Of a stretch of DNA of 42,326 nucleotides, positions 1-12,180 are shown one piece after another. The stretch spans positions 1 to 42,326 of the forward strand of contig NW_021835172.1 of the NCBI RefSeq assembly GCF_006345805.1. The letters run 5' to 3'. A model generated the notes under the pieces. It was given only the letters and a program-made list of their open reading frames with translations, searched no databases and was not told the DNA's origin. Position numbers and translations under genes: made by a program. The DNA comes from Octopus sinensis (taxonomy: Eukaryota). Each line of letters begins with the position of its first letter. The stretch's first letter is position 1.

Positions 1-670
1 ACCCATCTCTGATCACAAGAAAATAAGCAGAACCAGCTAGCTGAATTTTCATAGACAGAAACGGCATGAAAACTTATCTGTCTCTCTCTCTCTTCCTCTC
101 TCTCTCTCTCTCTCACTCACACAGTTAAACACATGTTTTTTCTCTATGCTGGCATTGGTTGGGTAGGTCTTCTTGAGCACATTTGTTGCATTTCTTTATC
201 TCCTTTGTTAGAAACTTGGTAACATCTTGCTTGCCCAAATGCAGTCGGTTGAAAACTGCATTCTGGATACCAGTAGACTTCAGGGGTTCTTCAAGAGTCA
301 ATGCACACCTTATCAGAGCTTCCCTGTCATATATAGTATCTTCTCAAGTGGGAAAAAAAATTAGCATTTATTTAATACAATTGAGAGGCAAATGTATTCC
401 CTCTTATTTATGCTTGTGTTTCCTTTTCTCTTTTTTTATCCCAACTTTTAAGTGAATTCTCTTATTTATGCTTTATTTTTATCATGTTTTTTTTAATCCT
501 ATCTTTTAAGTGAAATATACTAAATTTCTTCCTCATGAAATATCCTTGTAAAAGAAGGGAACATCTTATGTGAGAGTATGTCTTACATGCCAAATGGGGG
601 ACTCTCCCATCGAAGACGATGTATAAGTGTTCAGCTTTTACCGAATAACTTGCACAAATGATTTGTTTAT

Positions 671-884
671 CCCTTTCGTTACCGTATTTATTTTGAGATG
701 CTCTGTGTTTCTTTCAATTATTCTAAATATTAAAAAAAATTTTGTAAAATAACTTAGTATCATTAAGCTAGTGTTAGGAACATAGATTGTGACTTGATGG
801 AAGATTTTGATTAAAAACTTATAAAAACAAGACATTTGTACTACAGAGCCAGAACCGGTTTCAGCTGATTTGGTAACGAAAGGG
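671..884. mobile_element. piggyBac-type MITE inserted in an older SINE (about 590-1095, minus)
   Basis: Perfect 13-bp TIR CCCTTTCGTTACC (671-683)/GGTAACGAAAGGG (872-884); the flanks rejoin into a repeat seen uninterrupted near 39740-39830. Confidence 0.7.
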
Positions 885-1114
885 GTATAGTGATCAAATG
901 TATGAGCTGTGCATTAGCTCTCTCTTTCCATCAATTCGACACATGCACTGTGTACCACACATCAGGTGGCAAAATGATCGCAGAGCAATGTGAGATAGTG
1001 TTTTGTTCAAGAACACATTGCATCATCCAGTCTAGGAATTGAAACCATGATTTTGCGATCATGAGTGCATCACTCTAACCACTAGGTCATGTGCTGTCAT
1101 TATATGCCAAATAC

Positions 1115-1346
1115 CTCTTTTTACTCTTTTACTCTTTTACTCGTTTCAGTCATCTGACTGTAGCCATGCTGGAGTGCCACCTTTAGTTGAGCAAATCAAC
1201 CCCAGGACTTATTCTTTGTAAGCCTAGTACTTATTCTATCGGTATCTTTTGCTGAACCACTAAGTTACAGGGACGTAAACACACCAGCATCGGTTGTCAG
1301 GTGATGTTGGTGGGGGACAAACACAGACACACAAACATATACGCGC

Positions 1347-1414
<68 letters not shown>

Positions 1415-1415
1415 A

Positions 1416-1476
<61 letters not shown>

Positions 1477-1628
1477 CATATGCGACGGCCTTCTTTCAGT
1501 TTCCGTCTACCAACTCCATTCACAAGGCTTTGGTTGGCCCGAGGTTCTAGTAGAAGACACTTGCCCAAGGTGCCACACAGTGGGACTGAACCAGAAGACA
1601 CTTGCCCAAGGTACCACTCAGTGGGACT
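1115..1628 (-). mobile_element. tRNA-derived SINE family 1 with internal (TA)n, head truncated and partly duplicated
   Basis: Matches copies at 25286-25700, 26600-26980 and 29429-29848; (GTAAAAGA)n tail. Confidence 0.85.
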
Positions 1629-1660
1629 AATATATTTTTTTTTATTATTATATCCTTTAG

Positions 1661-1760
1661 GTGAATTCTATGACCTCCCAGAGGGTTTCACAGGTTCTGA
1701 GACTTCAGGATCAGTTATTGCTTTGGCATTTTATGATGGATTATGGGCTTTTGATGGATG
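1661..1760 (+). CDS. SLC7A9: SLC7A9-like copy 1 exon A (TM6 region)
   Basis: cctttag|GTGAA...GGATG|gtgagt; encodes (G)EFYDLPEGFTGSETSGSVIALAFYDGLWAFDG(W). Confidence 0.95.
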
Positions 1761-2159
1761 GTGAGTAATTTTGTCCTAATTTCATTCATTATTATGTTTA
1801 TGTGTGTTTTTTGTGTTTATGTTTTATGTTTGTTCTCTCCCTGTCGTTGCTTGGCAACCAGTAATGTTTTGTTTACATCCTTGTAACTTAGCAGTTTGGC
1901 AAACAAGAGCAATAGAATAAGTACCAGACTAAAAAAACAAAAGAAAGTAAGTTCCCGGGGTCCTTTCGTTTGACTGTACCCTTCGGGGTGGCAGCCTCTC
2001 AGTATGGTTGCAGTCCAATCACTGAAACAAGTTAATAGGAAAAGATGAAGATGATGTGCCATCAGACAAACATCATCATCATCATCATTGTCGTCACTAC
2101 TATCATCATCATCATCATCATCTTCATCATAACTGCCATCATCAGTATGCTAACATTTC

Positions 2160-2436
2160 TTATTTCTTTACTACCCACAAGGGGCTAAATACAGATGGAA
2201 CAAACAAGGACAGACAAGCGGATTAAGTCGATTACATTGACCCCAGTGCGTAACTGGTACTTAATTTATCGACCCCGAAAGGATGAAAGGCAAAGTCTAC
2301 TTCGGCAGAATTTGAACTCAGAATGTAACAGCAGACGAAATACCGCAAACATTTCGCCCGGCATGCTAATGTTTCTGCTAGCTTCCCACCTTAATATTGA
2401 TAATGATACTAATACTTATCATTGTTATTGTTGCTG

Positions 2437-2500
<64 letters not shown>

Positions 2501-2960
2501 CATTACTATTATTATTATTATTAATATGGCAGCAAGCTGCCAGAATCATTAGCAGACCCAGTAGAATGCGCTTAGCAGCATTTTGTTTGTCCTTCGGTTC
2601 TGAGTGCAAATTCCACTGCAGCTGACTTTGCCTTTCATCCTTTCGGGGTCGTTAAATTAATTACCAGTTGTGTACTGGGGTCGATCTAATCGACTGACCC
2701 CCCCCCCCAATTTCAGGCCTTGTGCCTTAGTAGAAAGGATTATCATTGTTATCATTATTACTATCATTATGTAATGAGATGGCAGAATCTTTAGCATGCT
2801 AGACAAAATGCTTTGCAGTATTTCGCCTGTCGTTCCATTCTGAGTTAAAATTCTGCCGAGGTCAACTTTGCTTTTCTCCTCTCGGAGTCAATAAAATAAA
2901 TACCAGTGAAACACTGGAGTCAATGTAATTAATAGTCCCCTCGCCTAGTAGAAAAGATTA
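2160..2960. mobile_element. Cluster of three family 2 SINEs (2160-2392 minus; 2525-2742 and 2775-2960 plus) around (ATT)n
   Basis: Shared head GGCGAGCTGGCAGAA..GTTAGCA...GAGTTCAAATTCC (Pol III A/B-box-like) and a body recurring more than 10 times in the window. Confidence 0.8.
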
Positions 2961-3669
2961 TTATTATTGACCTAGTGGTTAGGGTGCTGTACTTATGATC
3001 ATTTGTGCAGGTCATTCAGTAAAAGCTGAACACTCATAACTTATCTTCAATGGGAGAGTCCATCATCATTATTATCATTGCTATTGTTATTATCATTATT
3101 ATTATCATTATTGAGTGAGAGAGCAGTACATGCCATCAAATTGACACTGGGGTAAAATGTACAAAGCCTAGTATACCCATCATGACTACCCGTCTGATAA
3201 GGGTACACTAGGCACATGCATCACAACCATATGTGCGCAACATAGTGATCTCATATCAAGATAAATAATGCATGACCTTGCAGGTAGGGCCCAGTTAGAC
3301 TTTTCTTTTGGTTGAGTAGACCATCCCATTCAAAAGGTCCCTGAATAACGATTGTTTAAAGATGTTGAACAAACCACCCATGTTTCCAAAGGTGAATTAT
3401 CCAAAACTCTAAGAATTCCTCTCAACACATGGCTATGATGCTCCCCCACTATTTCTGCTCGTGATCAGAGATGCACATATCATCAGCCACTAAGGGACAT
3501 GGTCAACTGGTTAAGGTCAAAAAGCTGACAAGCAAATCTGTGGTATTGGGCAGAATATTTGCTGTAGCTCATCTTTTATACAAAGACAAAACAATGTACA
3601 TGATAACACTTCCAATCAGTTAAGATCAGTAGTCATGGGAGCCACAGCCTGGTACTGAATCAGGGCATG

Positions 3670-3670
<1 letters not shown>

Positions 3671-3749
<79 letters not shown>
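3671..3749. repeat. (ATT)n microsatellite
   Basis: Perfect trinucleotide run; similar runs at about 2440-2523 and 22863-22930. Confidence 0.95.
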
Positions 3750-4391
3750 GATTGGAGTTTGTTGCTCAGGTGGTCTACATCATTTCCATTTCTCTCTCCC
3801 TCTCTCTCTCTTTATCTTTTTGTATTTTGCCTAGCCTTCCTACTCCTTCAAGACAAGAGGCTCTGAAGTGATTCTTACTATGCCACATGTTTCAACCAGG
3901 CATTTGGCCCTGTATTGTCAATCTTAAGCCCTTTTGTACACAGTTCTATTATGGAACTGTAGGGTTATGAGTGCTTGGAAGCCCATTTTAATACCTCCTA
4001 ACCACATGCAGCCTCTTATTAGGGCTGCTTTCACTATTAACCCATACTGTGATACAAAAGTGATGACTAGCCACAGATTTGCCTCGTTTCTGATATCTTT
4101 TATTGTCACTCTTGTATTTCTTTGCTCCCATGTATTGGGGGTACAAATGTACAGCCAGATGTGTGTCCCAAACTTTCAGCCCGTGTTTTGGATGATTCTT
4201 TAATTTCAAAAGTATAATAGGATTTAACCCAAAAGAAAGCAAAGAGAAAAAATGTATACTTGAAAGGCACAGGAGCCTCTATAATTAAATAATTTATAAA
4301 TTAAATAATTTATGTCTATCTCAAAATTAATTATTAATAACTTCCACTTTTTCTATCTTTTCCTTTTTTTCCCCCCTTTTTTTCAAAACAG

Positions 4392-4436
4392 GAATAGCCT
4401 CAATTATGCCATAGAGGAACTTAAAAATCCATACAG
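4392..4436 (+). CDS. SLC7A9: SLC7A9-like copy 1 exon B
   Basis: polypyrimidine tract, aaacag|GAAT...TACAG|gtttgt; encodes (W)NSLNYAIEELKNPY(R); phase matches both neighbours. Confidence 0.93.
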
Positions 4437-4650
4437 GTTTGTACAGGCTGCAAATTTTCTACTTGAGATTTTCTTTATATTTTCTTTATATGAAATGTTA
4501 AGAATTTACCAGTTTCTCTCTTTTGTTAATTTTAATTTAAGAATTTTTCATAGGATACAGAAGCTCTTATTCTTTGTAGAATAAGAGTGTCTGTAAAATA
4601 AACATGTATATACACACATCTGTGCATGTATGTATATATGTGTGTGTGTT

Positions 4651-4688
<38 letters not shown>

Positions 4689-4691
<3 letters not shown>

Positions 4692-5573
4692 TTGCGGCCA
4701 AAATGTTCAGAATGGCATTGTTTTCGTCAGAAAGGTAGATATAAGTTTTTATCAAAGTTGTTTTATATTCTATAATTTTCACAGACAATAAATACGATAT
4801 TATTTGTTATTGTCTGAGAATTTGATGCAATTTGAGAGGATAATACAAAAGTTATGGATGATTTAGTGATTTACTGCAAAACCCATGGCGGCCAAAATGT
4901 TTTAGTATATTTAACCGTCGAACTCTAATGTTTTGAATTTGTTTACGTGACAGTTCGTTTACTAAACATTAGTAAGAATATCTGCAGTGTACTTTGTTTA
5001 CATAATGCCACTTACTCCGTTACCAATTCGTCAGCAGATTATTAAGCTTCGAAAGAAGGATAATTTAAGTATTAGGTCTATTGCAAAGATTGTTAACAAG
5101 ACAAAAAGTGTTGTTCACGGTATTCTTAAGGTCTACGATGATTGTGGTTCGTGTGAAGCAAGAAAGTCTACAGGTAGGCCAAGAAAAACGATCAAGGGAG
5201 AAGATCGTGCTATGGTAAAGTTGGTTAAAAAGGACAGATTTAAAACTGCTGCTGCTGTTTTTCGGGAAATGAGCATTGTACTGAAGAAAACTTTATCTCG
5301 AAAAACTGTGTCTCGTCGTTTAGTTGAACATGACCTACAAGCAAGAGCACCTGCAGTGAAGCCACTGATCAGCTCCAAGAATAAAAAGTGTCGTCTTACC
5401 TTTGCAACCGAACATGTGTTGTGGTCTCAAGAAAAATGGCAAACGGTGCATTTCAGTGATGAATCTAAGCCTATGTTATTTGGCTCAGATGGGAAAAGCA
5501 GGTGAAAAATTGTCACCTAAATGCCTTGAGACTAATGTTAAATTCGGTGGAGGAAGTGTCATGGTTTGGGGGA
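4689..5573 (+). mobile_element. Tc1-family DNA transposon, 5' half, decayed transposase
   Basis: TA|CAGTTGCGGCCAAAA terminus in a (TA)n run; ORF from ATG 5005 to 5505 with paired-like HTH, GRPRK linker and VHFSDES (first catalytic D); frameshifted continuation KFGGGSVMVWG; cut off by a SINE. Confidence 0.9.
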
Positions 5574-5805
5574 TGTCAAGCGATGTTGGGGGGGGGGGGC
5601 AAACACAGACACACACACATATATGTATATATACATATATATGACGGGCTTCTTTCAGTTTCCATCTACCAAATCCACTCACAAGGCTTTGGTCGATCCG
5701 AGGCTATAGTAGAAGACACTTGCCCAAGGTACCACGTAGTGGGACTGAATCCGGAACCATGTGGTTCGTAAGCAAGCTACTTACCACACAGCCACTCCTG
5801 CACCC
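5574..5805 (-). mobile_element. SINE family 1, 5' half
   Basis: tRNA-like head GGAGTGGCTGTGTGGTAAG...GGTTCCGGATTCAGTCCC on the minus strand. Confidence 0.85.
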
Positions 5806-6094
5806 ATATATAAATTCATTTAATCCAGATGATAATGCTCATCCCATTGCCATACAAATCTGTCCTTTGAGTAAATCCACTTGAATCCAGTCAGATAAAT
5901 ATCTCACTTAAAAGACATTATTGACCAAAATGTAACAACAATATTATTAATGAAGAACTGCTGTCCAAATAAAGTACTTAAAGGCAGCAAAACAGGGCAA
6001 TAGACCCCTTTTTCATTGAGAGAGTGATATTCTGTCCAGTTTAACATCACAACACTACTCTTGAGTATCTTTATAATAATGAAATTATTGTATA

Positions 6095-6965
6095 CAGTGC
6101 TCAGGTGCACCACAACTTGTCAAAAGTGCGTATAGAATATATACAGTAATGTACAAATGTCTGGAAAGTGAACAGTGTATGAGTCAGATACATGCTTGCG
6201 TGTGTATGGAGGGGAGAAAATCAGGTGTAGTGTTGGTGAATCTCAGGAAGCATGGAAGTTTTGAAGGATGCAGTGCTCCAAAAACTAACAACTGATGCCG
6301 GCAGTTTGTTCCATACTTCAGCAACTCTTAGCGTAAAAAAATGTTTCCGAAAGTCATGGGAGCTGTGCTGTTTTCTGACATTGTAAACATGTCCACGGGT
6401 GTTAGATGGGTGGAGTTTGAAAAGGTACTCAGAGTTATTGTTGGTAAGATGGTTAATAATCTTATGGGTGTGTGCCAAGTCAGCTGCCACACGTCGGAGT
6501 TTCAATGTGTCCATGCCCAGGGAAGTAAGGCATTCAGAATATGGCAAATGCCTGATGGAGGGTATTCTTTTGGTTGCACGTCACTGAATGGTTTCCAGAC
6601 GATTAATATCCTGGGCAAGATAGGGGTTCCAGACCGGTGATGCAAATTCCAGGTGAGGCCACACCATAGCTATATAAAGTCTCTGATAGATAGCTGGAGA
6701 GCGGCTCACAAAGGACTTGGTGAGTGATGCCAAGACACCCTTAGACTTCTTGGCAATTTTAGCAATGTGTTTTGTCCAACACAAATCACTGTCGACAATA
6801 TTGCCCAGGTCACGTTCAAAAGAAGACTTTTTGAGATTAGTGTTGTGGAAGGAGTAAGTGGATGCTGGGTTTTTCCTCCCCAAATGCATGGTGGTGCATT
6901 TGTCCACAGCCAGCTTGAGTTGCCAGTCCATGATCCACTGCTGCATTGTGTCCAGGTCTGATTTC
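6095..6965 (-). mobile_element. CR1-clade LINE 3' end (ORF2 C-terminus, disrupted)
   Basis: DLDTMQQWIMDWQLKLAVDKC...ERDLG...PHLEFASPVWNPY...RLETIQ*RATK...LKLRR...TRGH...FFTLRVAEVWNKLP, characteristic of CR1/L2-group post-RT regions. Confidence 0.9.
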
Positions 6966-6999
6966 AAAGCCAGAAACTTTTCAGCCCCCACCCCTCGTG

Positions 7000-7051
<52 letters not shown>

Positions 7052-7148
7052 CACATGCACACACACATACACACAAGACATTTCCATGCCAAAAACTGTA
7101 AGTTATTCCGCCTTTGTAAAATATATGTATTCTGATATTTCGTTATAG

Positions 7149-7272
7149 AAATTTACCTCTGGCAATAATAATTGGGATTCCCCTTGTCACCGCTCTGAAT
7201 ATTCTAACGAATGTCTCATATCTGGCTGTTATGACAAAACGGGAGCTCTTACAGTCATCTATAGTCGGTGGG
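7149..7272 (+). CDS. SLC7A9: SLC7A9-like copy 1 exon C
   Basis: ttatag|AAAT...GGTGGG|gtacgt; encodes (R)[41 protein letters not shown]; not in the ORF track. Confidence 0.93.
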
Positions 7273-7629
7273 GTACGTTGTTCTTTGCTTTCCTATCAAA
7301 CTAAATATTGAATGTATTGACATTGAGGATAAATGCATTTACACCATGCATTTCATTTTAAGTTTCTCTGCCTCCACAGTCAAAGATGTGTGGCACCTTA
7401 CATACACACACACACACACACACACTCACATACCAAGCTTATATACTCCTGCTTTATTTTTTCTTTCCTCCATCTGACTTTGTGATAAAGAGTGTAAGCT
7501 CAAAATATTAAAGACACTTTACTTTTCTTATCTCTCATTCTGTGCCAAACTAATTATCATTACATTCTGTTTTCACTTTGTCTTGTCATTGTTCTCATCA
7601 ATAATATTCAACAGTCCTTTGCTCAGTAA

Positions 7630-7725
7630 ACTTGTGGGGACTGAGGAAGCTGGAAGTAAATGAATGGCTTGTGAAAGCTGTACAAACCATGTACAGGGGT
7701 ATTGACAAGAGGGTGAAAGTTAGCA
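7630..7725 (+). mobile_element. RTE-like LINE reverse transcriptase fragment
   Basis: WGLRKLEVNEWLVKAVQTMY resembles the RTE RT segment W.LRKLGV.EWLV..V..MY. Confidence 0.6.
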
Positions 7726-8883
7726 ACAGTGAAAGCACGTGGCATAGTGGTAAGAGTGTTGCATGCATGATTGCCAGATTACAGGTTCAGTTCCTGGAAC
7801 AGGTGACATGTGTTATTGAGAAAAACACTTCAAGTTTCTCTAGTGCTATGTGGAGACTGGCATGTAAAAAAGTATTTCCATATTCTCATATTGACTGGCA
7901 TGTGAAAGAGCATCTATATTTCCTCTGCATGTCATAAAAGGTGACTAAAAGAGATTGAAATAGGATTTGAACACTGGGGTTGTTTAATTGACTAAGAGGG
8001 TAGTGAAATCAGTACTTGATCTATTTGAGAGGGCTTACTAGAAACTGATGAAGAAATTTAAAGACCTGTACCATGTTAAGCCATTGATTAGCAATGAAAT
8101 GTAGATTGGGGAAATGGAGACACTCATAATATCAAAATAATTTCGAACATCAAAACACAATGAAAAAATGTAATGCAGTGCTTGGCACCTGATACCCAGA
8201 TCAGGATGAACAAATTACATAGAACTCTGTTACCTTTGGGGCACTGTTTTACATGGGTTGCCATTTCAGAGCTGTGAATGTTGGTTTTAATGTTGGGCAG
8301 TTACCTTTTGGTATTGGTGACATAGCCATTGATTGTACAGTAGTTAAAAACTGTTATCTAGTAGCTCAATATGATACAATCTAAATAATAGTCTGCTTTG
8401 TTTGTTTGACCATTAGACTTTAGTTAGTTAGAGAGGTGGAGTAAAAGTGAGAGGGGGCAGGAGAAGAAATGTGAGTAGAGAAGAAAGAAGAGAGGAGTAT
8501 AATAATACACTAAGGCCAAATGCATCACATGGTTAGTTGAAGGGAGAGGTGAAGAGTGAGAGAAAAGTGGGAGAGAGAAGTGGTAATGATGTGCTGTAGG
8601 GTGGGGAAGGAAAGGCGAAGAGAAAGAGAGAAATGTTATGAAGAGGGGAATTACATGGTTAAAAAGTTTGTTGAAGAAGAGAGGAATAGAAATTTGAAGT
8701 GCTTAGCAGAGGGAAGTTTTAAAATCATATAATGTATTATTGGGACAGGAAGTGAAATAATTTGGTAAAATAAAATTAAAAATCATCCTTTCTTTCTTAA
8801 ATAGCTTCTCTTATCTTTTTTTGTTCTGTGGAATTTCCACAGATCCCAATAGTATAATACATAATATAACATTTGATTGAGGA

Positions 8884-9080
8884 AAGGCGGTGAGCTGGAC
8901 GAAATGCTTAGTGGTATTTCATCTGTCTTTACATTCTGAGTTCAAATTGCACCAAGGTTGACTTTGCCTTTGGTTCTTTTTGAGTCAATAAATTAAGTAT
9001 CAGTTGCGTACTGGGGTCGATCTAATCTGCTGGCCCCCACCCCAAAAGTTTCGAGCCTTTTGCCTAGAGTAGAAAAGAAT
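8884..9080 (+). mobile_element. SINE family 2
   Basis: AAGGCGGTGAGCTGG head, GAGTTCAAATT B-box-like motif, GTAGAAAAGAAT tail. Confidence 0.8.
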
Positions 9081-9192
9081 ATTTCATGAAACACTTCAAG
9101 GTAGTGAGCAGCATGGCCCGAGTCCAATAACTGAAATAACTAAAGAGTGAATAGAGACCACCTGTCTCTATTTGTTTACCTCTATCTCTATA

Positions 9193-9397
9193 CAGGATGG
9201 CTCAAAAGTAGGTTTACAGTTATTCAAATATCTCTTTCACATTTATATATTAAAAGTTTAGATCTTTATTAAGAAAAAAATATGAAACCATTATTCTTTG
9301 CTAATTTAGTTAATTGTAAGATAGAAATATAAATGTAATAAAATGTTTTAAAAGAAATTTAAAGTGCCCGTGTGATTAACTGTAAATCTATACACTG
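9193..9397. mobile_element. Degenerate Tc1/mariner-type MITE
   Basis: TA|CAGGATGGCTCAAAAGTAGGTTTACAGTT at left, partial inverted AACTGTAAATCTA..CTG|TA at right. Confidence 0.5.
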
Positions 9398-9799
9398 TAT
9401 ATCTGGTTATTTTCATCTATCTCTATCTGTCTGTCAATCCGCCTGTCTGTCTCTGTCTATCAGCTTCTCTCTCTGTGTCTATCTGTCATTCTATCTCTCT
9501 CTGTCTATCAGTCACTCTCTCTATCCATCTCTGTCTATCTATCAATTTATCCCTGTTCCTCTATCTACTGTTGTCTGTCTTTTTCCGTAATAAATTTTTT
9601 AAAATGTACACAGTTACAAATTTATATTTATTTACATGACATTCAGGTCTGATAGTTCCTGCACCCCACCACAAGGTTTGGATATGATCTATGTTGTTTT
9701 TGTTCTTCTTTTTAATTAATCAGTCAAACACAAAACAAAAAACAAATAAAACAAATTCTTCAAGATGCAAATTTCTAAAGAATACTTATTTTTTTCCAG

Positions 9800-9903
9800 T
9801 TATGGGCTGATCGAGTTCTTGGGGTTGCTGCCATTATAATACCAATTTCTGTGGCCATGTCAACGTTTGGCGCAACAAATGGAATTTGTTTCACAAGTGG
9901 GCG
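9800..9903 (+). CDS. SLC7A9: SLC7A9-like copy 1 exon D
   Basis: tttccag|TTATGG...GGGCG|gtgagt; encodes LWADRVLGVAAIIIPISVAMSTFGATNGICFTSG(R). Confidence 0.94.
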
Positions 9904-10413
9904 GTGAGTATAAGTTTCCAGCCCATATTTTGTTTCATCTTAATAATAGTAACGATGTTTATGATGATGGTTATATTAATGAAGATGGAGGTGGGGAGGA
10001 TGAGAAAGTGACGATGGTGGTGTTGAAGATGATGTCAATGATGACGGTAATGGCAGTGAAGTTTATTACATGATTATCAAAATATTTTCCTATTTTCTGC
10101 ATGTAGGTTCTTGCATTTTATTTGGAGCGATGTAGTTTGTCCACCGATGCGACGAAGACCATCTAGTCATCCTGGGGTGGGGGTGGGCTTGTTTTGTGAG
10201 TCTGCAGATGGCTAGTGAGGCCAATCTGGGCCCATTCTTCCTGGCTTATCTGCGGTCTTCTGCAACAGCGATCCTATTGGTCTCGCATGTGTTGGCACCC
10301 TTGTCGACAGCTGATATGGGTCTCAAATTCTGATACAACGCCAGCAATGTTATGTACTGGAGTCAATCTGATCAGTTATACCTGTTCTCCAAAATGTGAG
10401 GCCTTGGGAAACA

Positions 10414-11100
10414 TTATCATATGGGAAGGATCTAGATAGAATATTCCATTTCATATAAATTTGTTTATTATAAAGGTAGTGAAGAAAGGAAGAGAAGAGA
10501 GAAAATTACTTCTGGTTCTGATGTCTTGTTTACATAGGTAGTTCATCATCTCACTTGATGAAAAGAATATCTAACAATTACTCTACATATCAATAAATAC
10601 AAAAATTCTGGGATTAATAAATTAATTTGGTCACTAAAGGAACATAATAAACAAATTGATATGAAATGGAATATTCTATCTAGATCCTTCCCATATGATA
10701 AAGGTAAATCTTTTTGTCCGCTCTGTAATCACGAACAATTTCTCATCCTGCTTTCAGAGAATTTTCTTCTGAACTTGTTTAAAGAATGCATTTATCATTA
10801 TAAACATTGGCAAAAACATACCTTTAGTTCCTATAAGTAATTTCTACCAATCTATAAAATTTGACCTTTAACTACCTTCTTACATTTCATTTCCACTGCA
10901 TATATCTATTTCCATGCTTTTAAGCTTTATTCCAATTCATCTATCACGCTATATTTCTCCACTCTTGATTTTCCGTTAATATCTTTCTTTCTCCTTTTTC
11001 CCTTTCACCAAATTGCCTTGGACATTAAATCTATTAACATCTAAGAAGAAATTGCTTAATGAAAGACGTGTGAGCGTTCTATCTTGTACACACTATTCTA
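10414..11100 (+). mobile_element. Penelope-like element remnant (GIY-YIG endonuclease C-terminus) with inverted 5' segment
   Basis: VYIGSSSSHLMKRISN then SGINKLIWSLKEHNKQIDMKWNILSRSFPYDKGKSFCPLCNHEQFLILLSENFLLN; 10414-10471 is an inverted copy of 10644-10701. Confidence 0.8.
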
Positions 11101-11129
11101 AATATGTGTTTAGAAAATTTTATTAAGTG

Positions 11130-11328
11130 TCTATATTTGTACTCATATGTATCCATTTATATGTGTACATGTATATGTATATACGAATAATCATATATTT
11201 GAGTATATGCATATATATATATTTGTATACATGGGTACATGTTGTTTGTATTTATCTGATGCTATTTATAGCTTGTTTTGCATATGTTTGTGCATATATA
11301 TATGTATATATATATGTGTGTGTGTGTG

Positions 11329-11364
<36 letters not shown>

Positions 11365-11630
11365 GTGTGTGTGTGTGTATTTGTATGTGTATATGCATGT
11401 ATATGTACATGTACAAGTATATCTATTGAAGTCTCTATATTCATATGTATGTATATATATGTGTGAGGGGAGGGTATTTGTATGTGTTTTGAATAAGTGC
11501 ATATATGTGTGTGTGTGTGTATATATGTATATGTGTGTGTATGTATATGTATGAATGTGTATACATATATATACGTGCGTGTGTGTGTGTGTGTGTGTGG
11601 TGTGTGTGTGTGTGTGTGTATATGTATATC
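11130..11630. repeat. Compound (TA)/(TG)/(TATG) low-complexity tract
   Basis: Directly visible; source of many spurious ORFs. Confidence 0.9.
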
Positions 11631-12128
11631 TGTAAGATTTATCATCTTAATCTATATTATTCTACTGGATTTGGAAAATTGTTGGCAGATTAATTCAGAA
11701 TTTGATCTTTTTAATGCTATTCTCGTATACTTGTAGTTACTGTTATATACATCATTATATTTACATATCACAAATAAGATGTTTTCATTCTACTGAATGA
11801 ATAAATGTATTAATACTTCCATTTCATTTATTAATTAATTGATGATAATTATAATAACGATAACAATTATAATAGATAATTAGTTTTATTTCACTTAATA
11901 AATAAATTTAATAACCAAAATATTATAGTATTGTATAGTTTATACGTTATATTATTATTACAACAATATTATTTTGTTAATTCTCAAAGAATTATATAAT
12001 TTGTACATATACTATTTATAGTCACTTAATTCAAAAATAACAATATTAGTTATTTTTATTGTGAGAAATCCTTAATACTTGTTTTGTTATATTACTTAAT
12101 TTACTTATCTATAGTGTTCTCCCTTCCG

Positions 12129-12178
<50 letters not shown>

Positions 12179-12180
12179 TA

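Noticed and set aside
3119-3670. Complex block flanked by (ATT)n that looks like an interspersed repeat
   Set aside because: Single copy in the window, with no TIR, TSD or recognisable protein motif
3924-4242. ORFs with a faint RTE endonuclease-like motif (RGKSVASHH)
   Set aside because: Too short and degenerate to support a call
4987-5505. Possible domesticated or active Tc1 transposase
   Set aside because: Frameshift after the first catalytic Asp; the 3' half and right TIR are missing
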